A DNA stretch of 24,000 nt from an archaeon (GTDB lineage: Archaea > Asgardarchaeota > Heimdallarchaeia > Heimdallarchaeales > Kariarchaeaceae): NCBI GenBank assembly GCA_024280435.1, contig JAJRQD010000138.1, forward strand, positions 1 through 24,000. Direction: 5' to 3'. Of the stretch, positions 8,084 to 14,691 are shown one piece after another. The translations under genes and the position numbers were made by a program. Within the stretch, counting starts at the first letter, position 1, and each line of letters begins with the position of its first letter. The notes beneath the pieces are model-generated. The model was not told the DNA's origin. It did no database searches and saw only the letters and a list, made by a program, of their open reading frames with translations.

Positions 8084-9070
8084 ATGGGTGATCTGCTCAA
8101 TCTTGCCAAAATATCGATTCATATAAAATCAAATGATTATAATATTGATAATAGAACCATCTCTCTGCTGGAAAAAATTGAATTTGATAATTCTTATGAG
8201 TTTAGAGATCTTAACTACTCAGTAGGCAGGATGTATTTCAAGACAAGAGATAGACAGGCACTAAAACACCTTCTCAATGCAATTGATCATTTTCATAATA
8301 ATAAAATCATCATAGAGATAAATATGATGATTGGAGTGCACTATCTCAGGGAGAAAAACTATGGACTGGCTGATAAATATTTTATGGCCTGTTATCCGTT
8401 GATGCCAGATGATTTTGAATTTGAGGGAGATAACTGGCCTTGGGTGGAGAAAGAGGAATGCTCATCACTTGATGTAAGTGACAGAATTGATCTGTATAAA
8501 TTCCTTGCACCCTACTTTGATCATATTGATATTAAAATATATTTTGAATCACTATTATTCCAGTTGAGATGCAATGAGACTGTGCAATTATTGAGAAAAG
8601 GTCACCATAAAAAGGTATTAATTCATTTTGATGCATTGTTTGATAGTATGCCATATCTGAATATGGAGAAAATCGAGGAATTAAGGATTGAATTCAGAGA
8701 GAATAGAAAACATGATCTTGGTATACAGATATTTGATATGGCAACATTATTTCATTATCAGGCAATTGCTCATTGGTCTCTCTCTGATTTTAAAATTGCA
8801 AAATCACTATTCATTGAGAGTATGGATTACAGAGAGAAAAATGGACACTATCTGGATTTATCTGGTACTTATTCAAATATTGCTATGGTAAATAATAATT
8901 TACAGAATTATTCTGAAGCAATTAAATACTTTGAGAAATCACTTGAACTGATTAATAATTTTGGTAAGGAAGTGGATTTAATACCTAATTTTATTAATCT
9001 AGTGAGAACATATCAATTACTTTTTGATTTTAAGAGTGCCTTGATTATTGCAAAAAAATATATTCAATAA
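8084..9070 (+). CDS. TPR-repeat protein, N-terminal part (frame 2), interrupted by a frameshift at 9052-9058
   Basis: TPR-like helical repeats are present (e.g. YSNIAMVNNNLQNYSEAIKYFEKSLELINN). I prefer the ATG at 8084, about 30 nt downstream of TATAAATT. Alternative in-frame starts are ATG 8030 and the TTG 8006 used by the ORF track. Confidence 0.7.
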   Translation: MGDLLNLAKISIHIKSNDYNIDNRTISLLEKIEFDNSYEFRDLNYSVGRMYFKTRDRQALKHLLNAIDHFHNNKIIIEINMMIGVHYLREKNYGLADKYFMACYPLMPDDFEFEGDNWPWVEKEECSSLDVSDRIDLYKFLAPYFDHIDIKIYFESLLFQLRCNETVQLLRKGHHKKVLIHFDALFDSMPYLNMEKIEELRIEFRENRKHDLGIQIFDMATLFHYQAIAHWSLSDFKIAKSLFIESMDYREKNGHYLDLSGTYSNIAMVNNNLQNYSEAIKYFEKSLELINNFGKEVDLIPNFINLVRTYQLLFDFKSALIIAKKYIQ

Positions 9071-9108
9071 GCAAAAATAGTGATGATATACACATTCGAG
9101 TAAAAGCA

Positions 9109-9816
9109 TTGCAACATCTGGCATTGACATATTTTTATTTACAAGATCATACAGAGGCAATATCTATTACTGAGAAATGTTTGGCTTTACTTGGTAATGT
9201 TAATGATCCAAATATTAAGTCCAATGTTTTATACAATTTTATTTTTCTACATAATAGAACAAATCAATTTGATAAATCAGATAAGCTACTAATCGAACTC
9301 AAATTATTGAAAGATAAAAATATCAATAATAATATACTAATTGAATATTATGTTGCCAAAATGGATTACTATTACTCACAAAAGATTATTGATCTAAAAT
9401 TATATGAAAAATTATTAAAACTAATTTTAGATGCAAATAATAAAGTTAATGATGCGATTTTCGAAACAGCTATTTTACAATTAATTAGCATAGATACCAA
9501 AACAAAGAATTTTACAGTATTTGATACGTTTAAGAACGATAAATTATTTTATAATAAACTAGATAAAATATCAAATTTTTCTATCAAATATCATTTGAAA
9601 CTTGTAGAAATGCAAACATTAAATCTGAACAAAAGAAAACACCTCCAAGAAAGAATAAAATTGGATATTGAAAGCACATGCAATAAAAATATGAAAAAGC
9701 TAATGGATGATCTCCTAACTGATTTTGATAAAACGCCGATACAAGGCTTAATTATGATTAATGATAAATTAATTGATTATAATTTGAATTACAGGTACTA
9801 TGAATTAAAATTGTAA
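9109..9816 (+). CDS. TPR-repeat protein, C-terminal part (frame 1), probably continuous with 8084..9070
   Basis: The only start the track finds is a TTG. The frame is already open from 9034. The sequence reads as TPR (ALQHLALTYFYLQDHTEAISITEKCLALL). It is very AT-rich: only 10 G/C in the 60 nt at 9361-9420. Confidence 0.7.
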   Translation: MQHLALTYFYLQDHTEAISITEKCLALLGNVNDPNIKSNVLYNFIFLHNRTNQFDKSDKLLIELKLLKDKNINNNILIEYYVAKMDYYYSQKIIDLKLYEKLLKLILDANNKVNDAIFETAILQLISIDTKTKNFTVFDTFKNDKLFYNKLDKISNFSIKYHLKLVEMQTLNLNKRKHLQERIKLDIESTCNKNMKKLMDDLLTDFDKTPIQGLIMINDKLIDYNLNYRYYELKL

Positions 9817-9826
9817 ATTAGATTTG

Positions 9827-9934
9827 TTAAGGTGTTATACAATCAGTAGCAGTGTCTACTCCATTTGAACATCCTGATGCTACATTAAAAGTTAGGGCTA
9901 CCACAATTGGTAGTAATAGTATTGTTAATTTCAT
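9827..9934 (-). CDS. Small ORF 1: 35-aa predicted secreted/lipobox peptide MKLTILLLPIVVALTFNVASGCSNGVDTATDCITP
   Basis: It has an ATG start and a TAA stop, and is too short for the ORF track. The N-terminus is a signal-peptide-like n/h/c region ending A-S-G-C. The predicted mature part is C-x9-C. A paralogous copy 270 nt away shows codon-level conservation. Confidence 0.45.
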   Translation of the reverse strand: MKLTILLLPIVVALTFNVASGCSNGVDTATDCITP

Positions 9935-10002
9935 GATCATAGATCTGTTGAACAGTTTGACGAATGCTTTTGTCATGTAAAGTCTTTAAAGAATACTATA
10001 AA

Positions 10003-10080
10003 AACTATTGACCACTATTATTTGTGTTTTTTAACTATATCAATATGGTCTATCTGTTATTCTATAAAATTAAAGTATTA
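10003..10080 (+). repeat. Direct repeat copy B (orphan copy of the TPR promoter/5' end)
   Basis: Same blocks as copy A. Here the ATG (10045) opens only a 12-codon ORF, MVYLLFYKIKVL*, compared with MVYLLFYKFKSNQ... in copy A. Confidence 0.85.
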
Positions 10081-10104
10081 TGAATTAAATATTGATGTCT
10101 AAAA

Positions 10105-10206
10105 TTAGCAATTTGTAAGGATAGAACCACCTATTACGCAACCTTAAGTAATTTCAACTGATAAGGTTATCATAATTGATAGTAAGAGTATTGCTAATTT
10201 CATCAT
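10105..10206 (-). pseudogene. Small ORF 2: paralog of small ORF 1 with an in-frame TAA (M)MKLAILLLSIMITLSVEIT*GCVIGGSILTNC*
   Basis: It matches the 5' end of small ORF 1 at 26/32 nt (10179-10210 versus 9909-9940). Homology continues through the ORF. TAA (10144-10146) replaces the TCA Ser codon just before the conserved G-C. Its ATGATG start overlaps the TGA stop of the upstream methyltransferase. Confidence 0.4.
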
Positions 10207-10826
10207 CTCAATTTTTTAAATAATGTATATATGTATGGTCTCTCAGCCTCACTTGGTGTAATATATACATGATCAAATGATTCAATTAATTTATAATTGG
10301 ATCCTAGTAACTCTATTAGCATGTTTACTGAATAATTTATAACATCAAGTCCACTGCATTTTTTAGCACCACCAATTGCAAACACGGCTATTATTACAAA
10401 TCCTCCTGATACAACTATTTTATTCATCAGTTCAATATACGCATCTCGTTGGTCCTTTTCAACCAGAAAATGAAGTAGTGCCCGATCCTGCCATAATACT
10501 ATATTTCTCAATTTTTGCAGTTCAGTGGGCTTTGTTACATCATCAACTATCCATGTAATTTTACTGGCATTCTCACCTAGGCGTGATTTCAATATATTCA
10601 GGGCAATCTCACTTATATCTGCAACTATTATATCTTTGTATTCCTCAAATAGTAAATTATCTATCAGGGTTGTTGCACCACCTCCTATCACCAGTATCTT
10701 ATTATTTTTATCAATTTTAGTGGAATTTATCAGATCTATACTCTGTTGTGGGCATTTCTGATACCATCCCAGTTTATCTACTGTACCCTTTCCATAAACA
10801 TTTTCCCAATGCTCTTTTGAACTCAC
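10203..10826 (-). CDS. Class I SAM-dependent methyltransferase (207 aa)
   Basis: The N-terminal HWENVYGKG....LGWYQ..P..SIDLI lead-in is followed by motif I, ILVIGGGATTLIDNLL. The acidic post-I residue is in VADIS and motif II is WIVDDVT. The start codon is GTG at 10826. Confidence 0.8.
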   Translation of the reverse strand: MSSKEHWENVYGKGTVDKLGWYQKCPQQSIDLINSTKIDKNNKILVIGGGATTLIDNLLFEEYKDIIVADISEIALNILKSRLGENASKITWIVDDVTKPTELQKLRNIVLWQDRALLHFLVEKDQRDAYIELMNKIVVSGGFVIIAVFAIGGAKKCSGLDVINYSVNMLIELLGSNYKLIESFDHVYITPSEAERPYIYTLFKKLR

Positions 10827-10840
10827 AAATTAAATTAATA

Positions 10841-10903
10841 ATCTGTATTATTAAGTTGATTGTACATTATTGTCAAAATCTGTAATAATCTGATATCTGT
10901 ATT
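10841..10903. promoter_or_regulatory. Cluster of ATCTGTA heptamers in the divergent methyltransferase/feoA intergenic region
   Basis: Exact ATCTGTA occurs at 10841, 10878 and 10895, with the variant ATCTGAT at 10888. The last three are bracketed by the 7-bp inverted arms ATTGTCA (10869-10875) and TGACAAT (10905-10911). The first copy lies between a TATA-like box and the GTG start of the methyltransferase. Confidence 0.25.
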
Positions 10904-11048
10904 GTGACAATGAAATATATGATACAAACATATTTTAAAATATTTTCAGATTAAATGTTTGCTTATCAAAACTTTTTATGCAGTTAATTAAGAAATCAAA
11001 GAATAACTATAAAAAACATAATTTACTAGTTAATATGGGAATGTTCGT

Positions 11049-11312
11049 ATGACCAAAGTATCATCCTCAATAAGCACTCAAATTGCCTCACTATCTGATA
11101 CAATAAGAAATGACCTGGTTAAAATAGACCATATTGATGATAGTTGTGGTATGAACCTTATTAGGTTATCTGAAATGGGCTTCACCATAAATACTCCTGT
11201 GAGGATAGTTAAAAATAATGGACATGGTCCTATGGTGATTGAAGCCAGAGGGGTACAGGCAATTATAGGAAGAGGCCTTTCAAATAAAATCAAAATCAGG
11301 CGTATATCATAG
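11049..11312 (+). CDS. feoA: FeoA-family ferrous iron transport protein A (87 aa)
   Basis: The SH3-like FeoA core reads LIRLSEMGFTINTPVRIVKNNGHGPMVIEARGVQAIIGRGLSNKIKI. The gene ends 13 nt upstream of feoB. Confidence 0.8.
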   Translation: MTKVSSSISTQIASLSDTIRNDLVKIDHIDDSCGMNLIRLSEMGFTINTPVRIVKNNGHGPMVIEARGVQAIIGRGLSNKIKIRRIS

Positions 11313-11325
11313 GTGCAAGTCAGAT

Positions 11326-13341
11326 ATGATTAAAAAAAAAGTATTACTTGTTGGGAATCCAAATGTTGGTAAGTCATTGATATTTAATGGTTTAACAGGG
11401 AGGCATCAAAAAATAGGTAATTATCCAGGGGTAACCCTTACACATTTATCTGGCAATTATTCATTTTCTGATAAAGAGATTGAGGTGATTGACCTTCCAG
11501 GTTTGTATTCATTCAATAGTGGAAATATCGAGGAAGGTATATCCCATGAATTTATTATTGACAACCAAGTAGATTTGCTAATCAATATAATTGATGGAAG
11601 AAGACTTGAACGTAATTTATTCCTGACAGTTCAGTTACGCGCAATGGGTATTCCTATACTTGCAGTGATTACCTTCAAAGATAAGATAAAATCATCCATC
11701 AATTTGAAAAAGCTTTCTGAAAAATTAGATATGCCATTCTTACGGGTTTCTTCCCATGAAAAAGATGATATTATTAATTTAAAAAAGAAAATAGATGTAC
11801 TAGTTAGTGAAGTATCTGTTTTGAGCGATTTAATACTGCCTTTGAATGGATATGAGGATTTGATACATTCAATTAGCAATGAATTGGATAGTACTATACT
11901 ATTACAAAAAGATAATCTAATTGAGAAAGTTCCTTCTCGTTGGATAGTGATATCTGTACTGATGAATAATCGTGATACTCACAATCTGTGGCCTGCATGG
12001 ATCATATCAAAAATACATGGAATATTGGAGGAGAGGTCAATGGATCATGAGAAAATATCTATTGGTTTAATCTCAAAATACTATGAGATAATCGAGAATG
12101 TGCTTGAAGAAACAATCATATTAGATGAAGAGAATAGTTCAATTACTATTACTGAAAAAATAGACCGGTTATTGCTGGATTCAAGGATTGGGTTTGTAAT
12201 TTTTGCAATTATAATGTTCGCAGTGTTTAAAATCACTTTCGATGTATCTGCTCCAATCTCCAATGGATTGGACCTACTTGCCAATTTACTTGCTGATAGT
12301 GTAAAATCAAATATATCAAATAAATTATTTGCCTCTTTTATAGCTGATGCACTGATTGGTGGTGTGGGCTTCATTCTCCTCTTTATTCCACAGATTGCTT
12401 TATTATTCCTGTTCATATCCATAATGGAACACTCCGGTTATCTTGCAAGAGTTGTTTTTATTTTTGATAGATTTCTTAACAGGATAGGTATAAGTGGTAC
12501 ATCAATTGCACCCTTGCTACTCGGATTTGGATGCAATGTACCTGCAATTATGGCGACAAAGAGTATTAATGATCACAATGAAAGAACAGCTTTGATACTT
12601 GTTAATCCATTTATGAGTTGTTCTGCCAGATTACCTGTGTATGTTGTGATTACTGCTGCTATATTTCCAGAATTTGCTGGAATTATGATTGCAATTCTAT
12701 ATTTCACAGGTATTTTTATTGCTATTCTTGTACTATTCATACTTAGGAAAACAATATTGAAAGGTGATACAACCTATCTTTTGATGGAATTACCAGAGAT
12801 GAGTATTCCACCGGCTAGATTGACTCTCTCAAGAATGTGGTTACAGGTGAAAAAATTTGCTGAGAATGCAGCTTCATGGATGGCATTGGGATTGATAATA
12901 ATGTGGATACTATCTATTACCGGTCCTAAAGGATATATTGGACCTGATGCACTGACAGATACACAATTATTGCAGAGGACATTTATTTTTATGCTTGGTG
13001 ATATATTTCAACCAATTTTTCAACCATTTGCTTGGGATGCTCGATTGATTGTAGCATTGATATTTGGGTTTATTGCAAAAGAGATTGTTATCAGCTCATT
13101 AGGGTTGATATATGGTGTATCAGAGGGAACTCTTAATGCAGTTATCATTTCGCAACTCTCTCCTGCATCAGGCCTTGCATTCCTATTCTTTGTACTGCTC
13201 TATACTCCATGCATTGGTACTTTATTCGCAATTAAGCAGGAGATTGGTAGAAAATGGGTAATATTCTCAATTTTGATGGGGTTAGTTGTGGCGTATACCG
13301 TTGCATATATTGCTTTTATCATCGGGTCTGCAATATTCTGA
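11326..13341 (+). CDS. feoB: Ferrous iron transporter FeoB (671 aa)
   Basis: The N-terminal G-domain has G1 GNPNVGKS and G3 DLPG. The C-terminal polytopic membrane domain has the conserved gate-motif regions (GFGCNVPAIMATK, CSARLPVY). Confidence 0.95.
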   Translation: MIKKKVLLVGNPNVGKSLIFNGLTGRHQKIGNYPGVTLTHLSGNYSFSDKEIEVIDLPGLYSFNSGNIEEGISHEFIIDNQVDLLINIIDGRRLERNLFLTVQLRAMGIPILAVITFKDKIKSSINLKKLSEKLDMPFLRVSSHEKDDIINLKKKIDVLVSEVSVLSDLILPLNGYEDLIHSISNELDSTILLQKDNLIEKVPSRWIVISVLMNNRDTHNLWPAWIISKIHGILEERSMDHEKISIGLISKYYEIIENVLEETIILDEENSSITITEKIDRLLLDSRIGFVIFAIIMFAVFKITFDVSAPISNGLDLLANLLADSVKSNISNKLFASFIADALIGGVGFILLFIPQIALLFLFISIMEHSGYLARVVFIFDRFLNRIGISGTSIAPLLLGFGCNVPAIMATKSINDHNERTALILVNPFMSCSARLPVYVVITAAIFPEFAGIMIAILYFTGIFIAILVLFILRKTILKGDTTYLLMELPEMSIPPARLTLSRMWLQVKKFAENAASWMALGLIIMWILSITGPKGYIGPDALTDTQLLQRTFIFMLGDIFQPIFQPFAWDARLIVALIFGFIAKEIVISSLGLIYGVSEGTLNAVIISQLSPASGLAFLFFVLLYTPCIGTLFAIKQEIGRKWVIFSILMGLVVAYTVAYIAFIIGSAIF

Positions 13342-13350
13342 GTTGGTAAA

Positions 13351-13536
13351 ATGATTGAAGAGATTATTGAGTTAATGAAAAAAGAGAGAGTGATTACTGC
13401 AGAGATAGTAGCAACTAGATTCAATATTTCATTGAATAAGGCAAAATCAATTCTTGATATTATTCAGGATCAGGGAATTATCAAACGAGGTATTGCTTGT
13501 TCAAACTGTATAAAATCATGTTCTGGATGCATGTGA
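13351..13536 (+). CDS. FeoC-like small winged-helix protein with C-terminal Cys cluster (61 aa)
   Basis: It starts 9 nt after feoB. It has a wHTH-like pattern (ITAEIVATRFNISLNKAKSILDIIQDQGIIKR). It ends CSNCIKSCSGC (C-x2-C-x3-C-x2-C), reminiscent of the Fe-S-binding wing of FeoC. Confidence 0.6.
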   Translation: MIEEIIELMKKERVITAEIVATRFNISLNKAKSILDIIQDQGIIKRGIACSNCIKSCSGCM

Positions 13537-13587
13537 TAAGACACCTGCTGAATACTAAATATTTGTGTACTTGAATTTTATTGGTAA

Positions 13588-14051
13588 ATTATACAAGGTA
13601 TACTTAGAGATCAATTTCCAATTACTAAAAATAAGGTTTATCTCAATAATTGTCCTGCTAGTGCTTTATCATGGAGTTTGGCAGATAAATGGTCAAATAA
13701 AGTAGAGCAGGCAAGACTTAATTTTAGCAAAATTATTGATGCTGATAAGGATAGTATGGCATTCATGGATATAGGTGTTGATCGGATTTATAATCACAAT
13801 ATGAAATTAACGCAATATCTGATTGATGCTGCCATTGATCATGGATTAAGTATATCCACACCGGTTGATCAGGATAGAAGAGGCTCAATTGTTAATATAC
13901 AACTGGAAAACTCAATTGAAAAAGTAAAACTATTGGTGAGAAAGGATTTGTGTTGGATGCCCGTGCAAATGGGATTAGTATCGTACCGCATTTTTACAAT
14001 AATAAAGAAGATATAGAAAAATTACTATCAACTATTTCAAAAATGAAATGA
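13588..14051 (+). pseudogene. Remnant of a class-V (fold type I) PLP aminotransferase/cysteine-desulfurase-like gene
   Basis: There is no ATG. The N-terminal signature LRDQFPITKNKVYLNNCPAS joins, after about 40 codons, directly onto C-terminal-domain sequence (IGVDRIYNHNMKLTQYLID...RRGSIVNIQL). The last 38 codons sit in another frame (EKGFVLDARANGISIVPHFYNNKEDIEKLLSTISKMK*, ending 14051). The PLP-lysine core is missing. Confidence 0.7.
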
Positions 14052-14299
14052 GTTGATGTTCTCAACCTTGAACTTTCATTATTTTACAATTACACATGTC
14101 TAAAATCCTAAAAATCGGTGGTTTACAAAATAAATTATTATGATTTTACAGTTTATAACACAAATTGAATATGCATAAAAAATAATGGCTTACATTAAAA
14201 AATGATTCTCATGAGAATTTATCATGGTTTACAAATTAACCTAGCAAAACAATCCGAATGAAAGATTTAAAAATGCAATAATGATAATAATTATAGAAT

Positions 14300-14620
14300 A
14301 TGTTGATTAAAGATTTAAAAGCGGAAAAGAGCTTCGATTTCATAATTGGGAGAATATTGAGTCGAAATGGGCCAAAGTCCGTTAGTGTCAATGGTAACAG
14401 ACGATACGTATGGGAATTGTTGCTTCGTGATACATCTGGTACTGTAATCCTTAGTCTATGGGGTGCTCATACAGGTGAATTATACAAATTAAATTCAGTA
14501 ATTAAAATTGTCAATGGTTGGACTAGAGTATTCAGAGACCAGTATCAAATATCATTGGGTAAAGAGGGATCTATACAGGTTGTACCCGATGATAATAGCA
14601 TCCCAAGAATTCTTTCATAA
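14300..14620 (+). CDS. Single OB-fold nucleic-acid-binding protein (SSB/RPA-like, 106 aa)
   Basis: The pattern I.DL....F.+IGR+L........G...+WE.LL.D.SG.+.LSLWG....L...SV+K+.NG.....+....+SLGK.G.+ is typical of archaeal RPA/SSB-type OB folds. Confidence 0.55.
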   Translation: MLIKDLKAEKSFDFIIGRILSRNGPKSVSVNGNRRYVWELLLRDTSGTVILSLWGAHTGELYKLNSVIKIVNGWTRVFRDQYQISLGKEGSIQVVPDDNSIPRILS

Positions 14621-14691
14621 ATAAGTTCTATAAATCACATTCGTTGAATCAAGTAAACATTAATTGAATAAAAAAATATTATATATTTTTT

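Noticed and set aside
9080-9086. GTGATGA, a C-box-like motif suggesting a C/D-box sRNA in the gap between the two TPR ORFs (also ATGATGA on the minus strand at 10200-10206)
   Set aside because: There is no CTGA D-box at the expected distance of about 50-70 nt (the nearest is about 90 nt away) and no terminal stem. The region is better explained as coding sequence of the frameshifted TPR gene, or in the second case as the start of sORF 2.
7979-10080. The direct repeats interpreted as a CRISPR array, transposon ends or att sites
   Set aside because: There are only two copies, 2 kb apart, so it is not an array. There are no terminal inverted repeats and no transposase or integrase between or beside them. 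The repeat coincides with the promoter/5' end of the enclosed gene, which is better explained by segmental duplication.
11332-11340. An A9 homopolymer at codons 3-5 of feoB (also A8 runs at 3167-3174 and 3557-3564 in the OLD gene) as phase-variation tracts
   Set aside because: All are currently in frame and encode Lys runs. Such runs are common in this AT-rich sequence, so there is no evidence of switching. They are worth remembering only as a caution that homopolymer errors could explain the TPR frameshift.
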